From the human T2T-CHM13v2.0 reference genome, Homo sapiens, in the NCBI RefSeq assembly GCF_009914755.1, contig NC_060948.1: DNA of 64,000 nucleotides; one strand, written 5' to 3'. Position numbers and translations under genes: made by a program. Below the pieces are notes generated by a model, which was not told the origin of the DNA, did no database searches, and worked only from the letters and a program-made list of their open reading frames with translations. Below, piece after piece: positions 30,688-45,050 of this stretch (within the stretch, counting starts at the first letter, position 1; the number at the start of each line of letters is the position of its first letter).

Positions 30688-31211
30688 TGTTAGTCCAAAC
30701 TGCAACATTTTGTAAGCTCCCTTCCTTCTTGCAGACTTTGCAAGAATATTAGTCCCAACTGCACCATTATGTAAGTAAGCTTCCTGCTATTGTGCAGACC
30801 TTGGCCAAAATGAAACATTTCATGGGGTTTCAGGCCATGAGAAACATCCTGATTAACTACCTGACCACAAGGCAGACAAAGGTCCAACTAAAGAACCATC
30901 CCTGTCATATCTTGCTGGGCAAAGTTCCAAGGAATACCACAATGTCATCCCACTGGAACAAGGACCAGAACCACCTCACCATGGGAATATTTTATCAATA
31001 TCCTGCCAGTAGCAAGCCATGCTGCCGAGAACCCTCCCACGCATAGCTGTAAGTAACCCCCACCTGTAAGCAACAGTGAGCTCTGGCATTAGGCTTGTCC
31101 CCTATTTCTGTAGGTTTTATGCTGGACATAAATCCTGCATTTGCTGTTGAGCCATCCTCTTTCTGTGTATGTGTCTCTCTTTAACCATCACTTTCCCTTC
31201 AAAACTCAACA
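30688..31211 (+). repeat. 3' LTR of Phe-primed provirus with duplicated 5' end
   Basis: PPT aaaaggcaagaa; homologous to 25437-25897. Confidence 0.9.
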
Positions 31212-31368
31212 CTGCTACTCAGAAGGCTGAGGTGGGATGGTTACTTGAATTCAGGAGGCTGAGACTGCAGTGGTTCATGATGACAACATGAACTTCAGCC
31301 TGGGTAAAATAACAAGACTCTATCTCAAGTAAATAAAATAAATAAATGAAATGAAAATGAAAATAAAA
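31212..31368 (+). mobile_element. AluJ, right piece
   Basis: gctactcagaaggctgaggtgggatgg..cagcctggg..A-rich tail; resumes exactly where 25436 stopped. Confidence 0.85.
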
Positions 31369-31822
31369 TTCTGTTATTTGCAACAATAGAGATTAACCTG
31401 GACATTTCTTCAGTTAAATAAAAATTAGGCAGAGAAAGGCAATTACTTCATAATCTCACTGCTTTGTGTAATCTGAGAAAACTAAATTCATAAAACGAGA
31501 GTATAATACTGGTTACCAAGAAGGAGAAATCATGAGGAGAGATTCCTGTCAAAGATTACAACATTTTGGATGCATAGAATAAACAAACTTAAGACATCTG
31601 TTGTATAAGCATGACTGTACTTAGTAATATATTCCTGAAAATTGCTGAAAGTAGATAAATATAGGAAGCAATGCATATGACAATTAGTTCTATGTAGCCA
31701 TGTACAACGTACAGTAATTACTATCTCAAATGTATTTCCAGAATATAATTTTGTACACAATACATATATGTAATTTTTCTTAGTCAATTAAAGCCCATAA
31801 CAGTAATTTAAATTAAAAAAAA
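31369..31822 (+). mobile_element. Old L1M 3' end
   Basis: atttgcaacaa..aacctggaca..atctcact; ggttacca; aaattgctgaaagtagat 3'UTR motifs. Confidence 0.75.
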
Positions 31823-32074
31823 ACCTCAGTGGAATGAGGTTATTTTTGCATCTAAAGCAAGAACTAAAGTTGGTGAGTTTTTCAAATGCATGTGGGACTA
31901 CTCTCTCAAAATGATCATCCTTCACCTTTCATTTGGGGTTTTCTAAGAATTCCTGATTTCTGAGGCTCCCAGAAAGTTATTTTTTTGACAGATACGTTGT
32001 AAAATTATTATTGCTCTAAGGAGATACAGGCAGGAGACCTTGTATTCTGTCATCTTGTTTATGTCACTTTTACA

Positions 32075-33520
32075 TTCTTCTAGTTTTAAGGACAATTTTA
32101 TCAAATATGGTATTCTTGCTTAGCATTAGTATTTTCTCTTAGTGTTTTAACTATATCATCCAATACCCTTTTCAGCTGCAAAGTTTTGCTGAGACATAAA
32201 CTGGTAATGTTTTAAAAATTCATTGTATGTAAAGAGCCTCTGTTCTCTTGGTGCTTTCAACAGTTTTTGTGTGTGGTTTTTCAAAATTTAATTATAATGT
32301 GTATCAATTTGCGTCTCTGGATTTATTCTAGTAGGTGCTATTTGAGCTTCTTGAGACTTTATATCCATTTATTTTATCACATTTGGGACATTTTCAGGCA
32401 TTCTTTTTTAAAAGTTAAAGCCTTCTTCTTCAACTCAGGCTGCAGTGCATTGGCATAAATATTGGGGCTGCATCTTCAAATTCCTAGGCTCATGCAGTCC
32501 TCACACTCAGCTATTTGAGTAGCTGAGAATGTGGGCCTCTCCCTCCATATCTATTTTTATTTTTTTAAATGAGGCCCTGCTATATTGCAAATGCTGATCT
32601 CAAACTCCTAGCTTCAAGCAGCTCTCCCATTTCAGCCTTCAACTCCGTGTGTTGACAGGATTGAGTGTCTATGCTCAAGTCCTGTTTTTTCAAAAAAATC
32701 TCAGCTTTTTCTATTTTCCTTTTGGAAGTACTACAATGTATACATTGGTTCTATTTGATTATGTCTCATAAATACTTCAAGCTCTCTTTATTTGTAATTA
32801 TTTTTTTTCTCTTCTGAGTCTATATTTTAAATGGCCTGTTTCAAATTTTATTGATTGTCTGTTTGATGAAATTGGCTGTTGAACTGCCCTAGAATTTATT
32901 TTTTATTAATTATTATTATTATTTTTCGAGATGGAGTCTTACTCTGTTGTTCAGGCTGGGGTTCAGTGGCACAATCTTGGCTCACTGCAACCTCCTCCTC
33001 CTGGGTTCACATGATTCTCCTTCCTCAGCCTCCCGAGTAGCTGGGACTACAGGAATGCATCAACATGCCCAGCTAGTTTTTGTATTTTTTAGTAGAGACA
33101 GGTTTCACAATATTACAGGCTAGTCTTGAACTCCTGACCTCGTGATCCACACACCTTGGGCTCCCAACATGCTGGGATCACAGGTGTGAACCACCATGCC
33201 TGGCCTCTAGAAATTTTTTTAAATTCAGTTGTTGACATCTTTATCTCATCTAATTTTTAAATAGGTTTTATTTATGTATGAATATTCTTATATTCAAATA
33301 TCTTTTTTACTTCACTTTTTTCTGTGTTTTTAAGCTTATTCCCCCTTAACTGACTTTTTTGAAGTCCTTGCCAAGTAATGTGTAGATTTTCCATTTTTAA
33401 GGTTGATTATTAAAATTTATTTTACAAATAAATTTCATGACAAAGAAGCAGTTTCTGCTTTTTTTGTATGCCTGTAATCTTTGTCAAGACTCAGGCATTA
33501 GGAAAAAAAGCCACCTCCTC
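32075..33520 (-). mobile_element. Old L1M ORF1 fragments with embedded AluJ (~32430-32680)
   Basis: T-rich L1 ORF1-like sequence (ttttgctgaga..; attataatgtgt); degenerate Alu. Confidence 0.6.
32905..33205 (-). mobile_element. AluS
   Basis: Full dimer with (tta)n tail; ctagaa on both flanks. Confidence 0.93.
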
Positions 33521-33959
33521 TAGTCTTCACAAATTTTCCCTGTGCAGGAAAAAGCCATCATTAACCAGCCCATCTACAGATTTTGAAGATTTTTTCAAAC
33601 TTTTCAAAGGAATGCATCTTCTCTATGTTTGTGTATTTCCAGTTAAAGAGGGATGCCCAAATTTTATTCTTGGGAACCTGTAGCATTATTATTTCTCTGA
33701 ATTTTGTTCATGGTACTATAGTTTTCTCAGTATCTGCCATATCATGGGATCTATTGTTCTTGGCAGTACCCAAACTGTCTTTCAAACCTTGCCACTGTCC
33801 CATTTGCTATCTTTGGGAAACAGAGATATAAACTATTCCTTAGGAGAGTCTCAGCAAGCTAGAACACTGCAAACACATTTGATTTTTATTATTAAAAATT
33901 AAGAGATACATCTTTGCTAATATGAGGGAGAAAGCCAACAGACATGTGCAGAAAATACA

Positions 33960-35742
33960 GAAATCTTCAATAAAATTTTACCCAAAGGGAAAAAAATTAT
34001 AAAGATAGACAATAATCAAACTGTCAAAAACTTAGGTCAAAGAAAAACTTCTTAGATCTACAAGAAATAACAAGTATGTCACATATAAAGAAGTCCCAAT
34101 ATGACTATCAACAGACCTCTTTGTAGAAATCCTACAAGTCAGGAGACTTGCATAACATACTCAAAGTGCTGAAAGAAAAAATGAGGAAAACTACCCTTTT
34201 AGAAATGAGGGGAAAATGAAAACATTGTAATGCAAACAAAACTGAAAGACTTAATCACCACTAGGCCTGCCTTCCTGTAATTGTAGCTGTAATGATTAGG
34301 CTAAACATAATTTTATCTTTAGTTCAAGGTTAAAGGGGAAAATTACTTATAACTATAGCTAAAATATATTATCAAAGGATGTGTATTACAAAATAATGTA
34401 AGTATAGACATCAAATATATTAAAAATGGGTAAAGTAAAAGATAGCATTGTTAAATGGAGTCAAACTTAAGTTGTTATCAACTTGAAATAGAATGTTGTA
34501 GATAAAAGTTGTTCTAAGAAAGCTTTATGATAACCAAATAAAATATCTACTGAAAATTCAGGAAACAAAAGTTTAAAAACATTCAAAATTTATACTACAG
34601 GAAATTAACACCACAAAAAAAGCAAGAGAGAAAGAAAGAAACAGTTTATCTGCAAATAACAGAAAACAACTAAATGGCAGAAGTCTTTATGTATCAATAA
34701 TTACTCTGATGTAATGGAACAAAATGTCAAACAAAAAATACAGCAAATCAATGAATAAAAAATAAAACCAAATCACATACTGCTTATAAGAAACTCAATT
34801 CACTTTTAAAAACACACATAGACTGAAAGTGAAACTATGAAAAAAGAAAATGGAAACCAACAGAAAATGGTTTCCAAAAAGAAGTCAACAAACAGCAGGA
34901 ATAATTATGCTTATATCAGATAGAATGTATTTTTATCCAAAACAGTAGAAAGAAACAGAAGGAGCAGTATATGATGATACAAAGTAATTAAGGTAATATT
35001 AAAATTATAAATATATATTTATACATGACATTTGTATATAACATTAAAGCACCTAAATATAAATAGTAAATATTTAAAACCTGGGAAACTTCTGGCTGAC
35101 AACTGTGAATGCAGCTTCAATATGGGAAAGGGGAAGATAGTGTCCATCTGTAATCCACCTTTCCACTGGATAACTGTGAAAATCACCTGAAGAGAACCTT
35201 GTTTTTCTCAAAACCTGGAGGTCACTTGGGGGGTGGCTGAAAAACTGTGAGAAGGAAAACCCTGGGAAAGGGCCTAGAAATACTTCCAAAACAAGGACCC
35301 AATAGAAGGGTGTCATTTTCAACCCTGACTTGTACTAATCTTAGTGAGATTTGTCAACTTACCAACAGATGCTGCTGTGGGCATTACAAGAGTCTTGAGT
35401 CAGAGATTGGACTGTTGGGTCTCAAGCAGGGATGAAACCCCATAGAAAAAACTCAGTGGCAACTGTGAAGTGCACTGCAGAATTAGCATTGGAGATGGGC
35501 TCCTGTTGCTTCATGAGATCAGAATGGAAAAAGATTTGCTAGAGAGCCTTGGTTTTTCCCAAAAAACAAATCACTGTGGGTGATGATGAATATGAGATAT
35601 AAACCCAATCTTCATGTGACTTTACTGAATATCCAGCTCACACTTCTCTTGGACCCCCTCTTCAGAGCTGACCCTTATACTCACCAATAGGGGGCCTAGT
35701 GTATGATTTAAAAACATGAACAAACTGTAATCTCACATTACT
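33960..35742 (+). mobile_element. Old L1M fragments (ORF1 end, ORF2 start, 5'UTR piece)
   Basis: aaagtgctgaaagaaaaa, tcaataattactctga, gactgaaagtgaaa, cttatatcagata motifs. Confidence 0.7.
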
Positions 35743-38700
35743 GCTCTGTTCTAAGATGCAAATAGGAACAGCTCCCATCTGCAGCTCCCAGGGTGATCAA
35801 CGCAGATTATGGGTGATTTCTGCATTTCAAACTGAGATACCCAGTTCATCTCATTGGGACTGATTGGACAGTGGGTGCAGCCCACATAGGTGAACCCAAA
35901 GCAGGTTGGGGCACCGCCAAACTCAGGAAGCACAAGGGGTCAGTGGACTTCCCTTGACCATGTCATATTATACCTGGAAAAATGGGACACTTCTGCCAAA
36001 ATACTGCACTTTTCCCATGGTCTAAACAATGGGAGATTCTCTCCCATGCCTGGCTTAGCAGGTTCCAAACCCACAGAGCCTTGCTCACTACTAGCAAAGC
36101 AATCAGAGAGCAACCTGCAAAGCGCACCATGGTGGGGGAAGGGGCATCCGCCATTGCTGAGGCTTGAGTAGGTAAACAAAGTGGCTGGGAAGTTCAAACT
36201 AGACAGAACCCACCACAGCTCAGCAAGGACTGCCTCTGTAGACTCCACCTCTGTGGGCAGGGCATAGCTGAACAAAAGGCAGCAGAAACCTCTGCAGACT
36301 TAAACATCACCATCTGACAACTCTGAAGAGACCGGTGGTTCTTCCAGCATGGTATATGAGCTCTGAGAATGACAGACTGCCTCTTCAAGTGGGTCCCGGA
36401 CCCCCACGTAGCCTAACTAGGAGACATCACTGAGTAGGGGCTGACAGACACCTCAAACAGGGAGATGATCCTCTGGGATGAAGCTTCCAGAGGAATAATC
36501 AGGGAGCAATATTTGCTGTTCCATAGTATTTGCTGTGCTGCATCCTCCACTGGTGATACCCAGGGAAACAGGGTCTGGAGAAGGCCTCCAGCAAACTCCA
36601 ACAGACCTGCAGCTGAGGGACCTGACTATTAGAAGGAAAACTAACAAACACAAAGGAATAGCATCAACATCAACAAAAAGGACATCCAAAAGAAAACCCC
36701 ATCTGTAGGTCACCAGTATCAAAGACTAAAAGGAGATAAAACCAGAAAGATGGGGAGAAACCAGAGCAGAAAAGATGAAAATTCTAAAAACCAGAGTGCC
36801 TCTTCTACAAAGAATTGTAGCAATGGAACAAAGCTGGATGGAGAATGACTTTGACAAGCTTACAGAAGTAGGCTTCAGAAGGTCAGCAATAACAAACTTC
36901 TCTGAGCTAAAGGAGCTTGTTCTAACCCATCGCAAGGAAAATAAAAACCTTAAAAAAAGGTTAGATGAATGGCTAACTAGAATAAACAGTGTATAGAATG
37001 ATCTGATGGAGCTAAAAATCATGGCAGAGAACTTTGTGATGCAAGCACAAGATTCAACAGCCAATTCAATCAAGTGGAAGAAAGGATATCAATGATTGAA
37101 GACCAAATTAATGAAATAAAATGAGAAGACAAGATTAGAGAAAACAGAGTAAAAAGAAACAAAGCCTCCAAGAAATATGGGACAATGTGAAAAGGCCAAA
37201 TATATGTTTGATTGGTGTAACTGAAAGTGATGGAGAGAATGCAACCAACTGGGAAAATACTCTTCAGGATATTATCCAGGAGAATGTCCAACCTAGCAAG
37301 GCAGGCCAACTTTCAAATTCAAGATATACAGAGAACACCACAAAGACACTCCTTGAGAATAGCAACCCCAAGATATAGAATTTTCAGGTTCCCCAAAGTT
37401 GAAATGAAAAATTAAATCAAGAGGAGCGAGAGAGAAAGGTCGCATTACCCACAAAGGAAAACCCATTGGAATAACAGCTGATCTATTGGAAGAAACATTA
37501 CAAGTCAGAAGACTGGGGGCCAATATTCAGCATTCTTAAAGAAAAGAATTTTCAACCCAGAATTTCATATCTAGCCAAACTAATCTTCATAAATGAAGTA
37601 GAAATAAAATCCTTTACAGAAAAGCAAATTCTGAGAGATTTTGTCACCACCAGGCCTACCTTACAAGAGCTCCTGAAGAAAGCACTAAACATGGAAAGAA
37701 ACAACCAGTACCAGCCACTGCAAAAACATGCTATATTGTAAAGTCCACTGATGCTATGAAAAAACCGCATCAATTAACGGGCAAAAATACCAGCTTACAT
37801 CATAATGATGGGATCAAATTCACACATAAAAATATTAACTTTAAATGTAAATGGCCTAAATGCCCAAACTAAAAGACACAGACTGGCAAATTGGATAGAG
37901 TCAAGCCCCATCAGTGTGCTGTATTCAGGAGACCCACCTCACGTGCAGAGACACATAGGCTCAAAATAAAGGAATGGAGGAAGATCTACCAAACAAATGG
38001 AAAACAGAAAAAAAAAAAGCAGAGGTTGCAATCCTAATCTCTGATAAAACAGACTCTAAACCAAAAAAGATCACAAGAGACAAAGAAGGCCATTACATAA
38101 TGGCAAAGGGATCAATTCAACAAGAAGAGCTAGCTATCCTAAATATATATGCACTCAATACAGGAGCACCCAGATTCATAAAGCAAGCCCTTAAAGACCT
38201 ACAAAGAGACTTAGATTCCCACACAATAATAATGGGAGACTTTAACACCCCACCATCAATATTAGAAAGATCAACAAGACAGAAAGTTAACAGGGATATC
38301 CAGGACTTGAACTCAGCTCTGCACCAAGCAGACCTAATAGACATCAGCAGAATCCTCCACCCCAAATCAACAGAATATACATTCTTCTCTGCACCACATT
38401 GTACTTATTCTAAAATTGCCCACAAAATTGGAAGTAAAGCACTCCTCAGCAAATATAAAAGAACAGAAATCACAACAAACTATCTCTCAGACCACAGGGC
38501 AAGCAAATTAGAACTGAGGATTAAGAAACTCACACAAAACCACACAAATACATGGAAACTGAATAACCTGCTCCTCTATGACTACTGGGTAAATAACGAA
38601 ATGAAGGCAGAAATAAAGATGTTCTTTGAATCCAATGAGAAAAAGGACAGAATGTACCAGAATCTCTGGGACATATTTAAAGCAGTGTGTAGAGGAAAAC

Positions 38701-41700
38701 TTATAGTAGTAAATGTCCACAAAAGAAAGAAGGAAAGATGTAAAATCGACACACTAATATCACCATTAAAAGAACTAGAGAAGCAACAGCAAACAAATTC
38801 AAAAGCTAGCAGAAGACAAGAAATAACTAAGATCAAAGCAAAACTGTAGGAGATAGAGACATAAAAAATCCTTAAAAAAAAAATGAATCCAGGAGCTGCT
38901 TTTTTGAAAAGTTCAACAAAATTGATAGACCACTAGCAAAACTAATAAAGAAGAAAAGAGAGAAGAGTCAAGTAGATGCAATAAAAAATGATAAACAGGA
39001 TATCAGCACCAATCCTACAGAAATCCAAACTACCATAGAGAATACTATAAACACCTCTATGCAAATAAAGTAAAGAATCTAGAAGAAACAGATAAATTCC
39101 TGGACACCTACACCCTCCCAAGACCAAACCAGGAAAGAAGGTGAATCTCTGAATAGACCAATAGCAGGCTCTGAAATTGAGGCAATAATTAAGTGGCCTA
39201 TCAAACAAAAGAAGTCCAAGAGCAGACAGATTCACAGCCAAATTCTACAAGAGGTACAAAGAGGACCTGGCATCATTCCTTCTGAAACTATTCCAATCGA
39301 TAGAAAAAGAGGGAATTCTCCCTAACTCAATTTATGAGGCCAGCATCATCCTGTTACCAAAGCCTGGCTGAGGCACAACAAGAAAAAAGTATTTTAGAAG
39401 AATATCCCTGAAGACCATTGATGTGAAAATCCTGAACAAGATACTAGCAAACCAAATCCAGCTGCACGTCAAAAAGTTTATCCACCATGATCATGTCAGC
39501 TTCATCCCTGGGATGCAAGGCTGGTTCAACATATGCAAATCAATAAACGTAATGCATTTCATAGACAAACCAATGAGAAAAAACACATGATTATCTCAAT
39601 AGATGCAGAAAAGGCCTTTGACAAAATTTCACAGCCGTTCATGCTAAAAATCTCAATAAACTGGGTATTGATGGAATGTATCTCCAAATAATAAGAGCTA
39701 TTTATGACAAACACACAGACAAAATCATACTGAATGGTCAAAAACTGGAAGTATTCCCTTTGAAAGCTGGCACACGACAAGGATGCCTTCTCTCAACACT
39801 CCTATTCAACATAGTGTTAGAAGGTCTAGCCAGGGCAATCAAGCAAGAGAAAGAAATAAAGAGTATTCAATAAGGAACAGAGGAAATCAAATTGTCCCTG
39901 TTTTCAGATGACATGATTGTATATTTAGGAAACCCCATTGTCTCAGCCCAAAATCTCCTTAAGCTGATAAGCAACTTCAGCAAAGTCTCAGGATTCAAAA
40001 TCAATATGCAAAAATCACAAGCATTCCTATACACCAATAACAGACAAACAGAGAGACAAATCATGAGTGAACTCCCATTCACAATTGCTACAAAGAGAAT
40101 AAAATACCTAGGAATCCAACTTAAAAGGGTTGTGAAGGACCTCTTCAAGGAGAACTACAAACCGCTGCTCAATGGAATAAAAGAGGACACAAACAAATGG
40201 AAGAACATTCCATGCTCATGGATAGGAAGAATCAATATCATGAAAATGACCATACTGCCGAAGGTAAATTCTGGATTCAATGCCATTCCCATCCAGCTAC
40301 CAATGAGTTTCTTCATAGAACTGGAAAAAAACTACTTTAAAGTTCAAATGGAACCAAAAAGAGCTTGCATTGCAAAGACAATCCTGAGCAAACAGAACAA
40401 AGCTGGAGTTATCAGGCTACCTGACTTCAAACTATACTACAAGCTACATTAATCAAAACAGTATGGTACTTGTACTAAAAGAGATATATAGTCCAATGGA
40501 ACAAAAAAGAGGCCTCAGAAACAACACCACACATCTGCAACCATCTGATCTTTGACATAACTGAATAGAACAAGAAATGGGGAAAGGATTCCCTATTTAA
40601 TAAATGATGCTGTGGTAACTGGCTAGCCATATATAGAAAGCTGAAACTGGATCCCTTCCTTACCCCTTATACAAAAATTAATTCAAGATGGATTAAAGAC
40701 TTAACTATTAGACCTAAAAACATAAAAACCCTAGAATAAAACCTATGCAATACCATTCAGTACATAGGCATGGACAAGGACTTCATGACTAAAACATGAA
40801 AAGCAATGGCAACAAAAGCCAAAATATACAAGTGGGATCTAATTAAACTAAAGACCTTCTGCACAGCAAAAGAAACTACAATCAGAGTGAACAGGCAACC
40901 TACAGAATGGGAGAAAATATTTGCAATCTACCCATCTGACAAAGGATTAATATCCAGGATCTACAAAGAACTTAAACAAATTTACAAGAAAAAAAAACTA
41001 CCTTATCAAAAATTGGGCAAAGGATATGAACAGACACTTTTCAAAAGAAGACACTTATGCATCCAACAGCCACATGAAAAAATGCTCATCCTCACTAGTT
41101 ATCAGAGAAATGCAAATCAAAACCACAATGAGATACCATCTCATGCCAGTTAGAATGGTGATCATTAAAAAGTCAGGAAACAATGGATGCTAGAGAAGAT
41201 GTAGAGGAATAAGAATTTTTTCAGCGTTGGTGGGACTGCAAACAAGTTCAACCATTGTGGAAGACAGTGTGGCGATTCCTCAAGGATCTAGAACTGGAAA
41301 TATCATTTGACGCAGCCATCCCATTACTGGGTATATACCCAAACGATGATAAAGCATGCTGCTATAAAGACACATGAACATGTATGCTTATTGCAGCACT
41401 ATTCACAATAGCAAAGACTTGGAACCAACCCAAATGTCCATCAATGATAGACTGCATTAAGAATTGTGGCCCATATATACCAAGGAATACTATGCAGCCA
41501 TAAGAAAGATGAATCCATGTCCTTTGCAGGAACATATATGCAGCTGGAAACCATCATTCTCAGCAAATCTGTTCTCACTCAGGTGGGAACTGAACAGAAC
41601 ACTTGGACACAGGGCATGGAACATCACATACCAGGGCCTGTCAGGGGGTGGGGGGCCAGGGAAGGGATAGCATTAGGAGAAATACCTAATGTAAATGACA

Positions 41701-41806
41701 AGTCGATGAGTGCAGCAAACCAACATGGCACATGTATACCTATGTAACAAACCTACACGTTGTCCACATGTATCCTAGAACTTAAAGTATAATAATAGTA
41801 ATAAAG
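35743..41806 (+). mobile_element. Full-length L1PA (L1PA6-8 age), both ORFs disrupted
   Basis: 5'UTR aagatg..aataggaacagctcc; ORF1 ATG 36750; ORF2 from ~37805 (291-aa EN fragment; [11 protein letters not shown]); 3'UTR; TSD ctca(c/t)attact at 35732-35742 and 41810-41820. Confidence 0.95.
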
Positions 41807-41820
41807 AAACTCATATTACT

Positions 41821-42415
41821 AATAAATACACTTATATAGTTAATGCAGAGAACTGGAGAATGGTATCTTCAGAAATGAAAACCAAAACTAGCATAAATAG
41901 CTACAGTTATATGAGATAAAACACACTTCAAATTGGAAACAGTTGGCCCAGCACAGTGGCTTGTACTTGTAATTTCAGTGGTTTGGGAAGTCAAGCAGGA
42001 GGTCCATTTGATCCTATGAGTTTGAAACCAGTTTGGGGAAGAGGTTCATACAGACCCACTTCTCTACAACCAAACAAAAAATGATTTTAAATTTAGAATT
42101 AAGAGCAGTGAAAATCGAAAAACACAATTAGATATTATCTCAAATCATTACTGGATATATACCCAAAGGAAAATAAACATTTGACCAAAAAGACACATAC
42201 TTCTATTTTTATCACAGCAAAGAAATGGAATCAACCTTATCTTCATTAATGGTGGATTGCATAAAGAAATATGATACACATACACAACTCAACACTATGC
42301 AGTCATAAAAAGGAATGAAATTATGCTTTTGTAACATGAATGCAGCTAGGGACCATTATCCTAAGGAAATTAACACAGAAACTGAAAATCAAATATGGCA
42401 TGTTCTCACTTATTT
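41821..42415 (+). mobile_element. Old L1 fragments with a FLAM/Alu monomer (~41945-42085)
   Basis: ORF2 EN-like then 3'-ORF2-like (tatatacccaaaggaaaataaa; catgttctcacttat); Alu monomer motifs. Confidence 0.7.
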
Positions 42416-43074
42416 AGGACTCAGGCTGACCTATACTGCCTAGAAGAGCAAGCTCTCTTGGGTATATGTTTTATTACACAATCTGCCCCTGACATTAAAA
42501 AAAAGCTACAAAAAGCCATCATGGGACCTCAAACCTCTATGAGTCAACTGTTAAATGTGGTCTTTAAAGTTTACAACAATAGAGATAAAGTAAAAGATGT
42601 GATAGTAGACCCAGAATTAATAGCTCCAAAGTGCAATTATTAACAAATCCTTTAATCCCTTTTCACCATCAGAGTTATCTACCCTTAGAAAGTACCACAA
42701 GATCAGCCACTGGGATGTCTAGACAGTAGTCCCTGACTCACCATACCCTGGGCCAGGATCACTGGGCCTACTATAAGCAAAAGGGCCTTTGACAATGATA
42801 ATTTCCTAACTGTCCCTGAAAACAGAAAGAGAAAAAATCTCCCTATTACTTCTAGAGCTAACAGACTTCATCCACTAGCCCCAAAGAGGTGTCTTGCTCA
42901 AGTAAGTTTACTGGGAGTCTTGGACCCTTGACCTGACGGAAAGCTTCTTGCAGTAGAGGACAAGTGAACAGTTTTTTGTCAGAGTCTCTGCTGCTGGATG
43001 AGCTCTCAGGTTGCTCAGAGACCCCGAAGTCTCCCATTGAGCACTGCTGTTCACCCCTTCCCTTTCCTTTTTCT

Positions 43075-43360
43075 TTCTTTTTTTTTTTTGAAATGGAGTC
43101 TTGCTCTGTCACCCAAGCTGGAGTGCAGTGTCACAATCTTGGCTCACTGCAACCTCTGCTTCTTAGGTTCAAGATATTCTCCTGCCTCAGCCTCCTGAGT
43201 AGCTGGGATTACAGGTGCCCAAAACCACACCCGGCTAATTTTTGTATTTTTAGTAGAGATGAGATTTCACCATATTGGCCAGGCTGGTCTTAAACTTTTG
43301 ACCTTTTGATCTCAGCCTCCCCAAGTGCTGTGATTACATGCATGAGCCACTGTGCCCAGC
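43075..43360 (-). mobile_element. AluS
   Basis: Full dimer; TSD accccttcc on both sides. Confidence 0.93.
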
Positions 43361-45050
43361 ACCCCTTCCTTTCTTATCTGATGCTGTAAAATCCCCTTCC
43401 TTGTCTCTTCCTCTTTTCCATGCCTATTGGGGCAAAAAACAAAACAAAACAAAAAACTGGCCATATATATGGGTTCCAATTTTGCAAATAATTTGAAATC
43501 TGTTGTCTCCTGTAGGTTAAAACAATAATTAATGTGCTTGTTTAAGTGTGTACACAGGTATTTTGGTGTATGTTAGGTCTAACATGCTATCAAATTGGCT
43601 TATAAATTAAAGAGGACTCATAAATTTCTAAACATATTATAAAAAGAATGTTGTGTCTCCTAAAATGTAACATAAATATTTTTACCGAGGTAAATTATTA
43701 ATGTCTTAGATTTTAAAATGGTTGAAATGGTTTTAAATGGGGACTAGCTCTGTGTGGTATCTTGTTTTTTGGAGGTTGTCTACATAAAAGTGTTGTAAGT
43801 GAAAAAGTTAAACACATATGAATAGAACAGATGCTTAAATAGTGAGTTTTTGTATAGTTAAAAATCTTAAAATTATCAAATGATTTTCATCTATAGAATT
43901 CCAATGCCTGGTGGACAGTTCAGGACTTCTTGCTTCCTAGGTTTTATATAAAATGTCCCAAGGAAATGTATTCTTTATTAGGAAAATGATTTCTGTCTAA
44001 TTCCAAAGTTATTAAAATGGAAGTTCAAAATATGATGAGATCAGTGGTAGAAAAAAGAGATATTGAGAATTTTATGAATAGAAAATGTGATTTTTTTTTT
44101 TGCTAGGAAGAATATATGAAGAAGGAGTAATTTGTTATAAGGATGGATACTTACAGTAAACTCTCGTTCTAGAGTAGAAAGATTGGTTTTAAGAAAGAGG
44201 TAGTATAAGAGAAGTCAGAAAGTCCAAACATGTTGTATATGATCCGTGTAAGTTGTGATAAGGTTCATAAAGTGGAATTTATAAAAGTAATTTTGTGTGT
44301 GATTAAGCTAACTATACCTAAAAGGAAATTGTTTATAACAGTCTCTCTTAAAAAAAAAAGTTATATGTGTTAAAACCAAACTTTCTTGACATTAATTTTC
44401 TAAATTGCCAATTTTACTTTTCAATCTTTTAATCTATTTCTTTTTTAAAAAAATTGTCAGATTTATATAACTCTCCTTTAGCTTTTTGTCAGCTCCTGTG
44501 AGTTTTTCTCTGATTTTCATTGTTTTTATTGCCTGGTGCTAAGGTGTTTTGTCTTAATTTTATGCCTACATTCACAAGGTTCCCCAACATAAAAATAAAA
44601 CATTGCTCTTCTCCACAAGGGAAAGAAATGGTTCCCTGTTCAACCAAAAGAGTTAGTTTTACTAAAAAGAAGAATCCTTGTTGATCAATTTCAATAAAAT
44701 TGTAATTTCCACTGGGTATTGTTAAATATCATCCCCACTGTTACACATCAGAAAATAACTACTTAGATAGACCTATCAATGATTAAACCTGTTTCTTATG
44801 AGTCATAGCCACAGAAGGAGGATGCCACAATCTATCTCAGCAAACCTCAGGAAAACTTTCCTTACCTGTTTTAAAGAATCAGCACTCAGCCAGAGTGGTA
44901 ATGTGCTGCTGCGTGTGGGAATAGAGACATTATTTTCATGTCTTCATGACTGTAATACTTCTTTTCTATCACTTTAGCCAGCCACCTCTTCCTGGGAAAT
45001 GCCTCTCTTCTTCTTAGATGTTGAGACCACCTAAGGCTCAAACAGACACT

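Noticed and set aside
37974-38849. 291-aa L1 endonuclease ORF as active ORF2
   Set aside because: N-terminus frameshifted and downstream ORF2 has many stops
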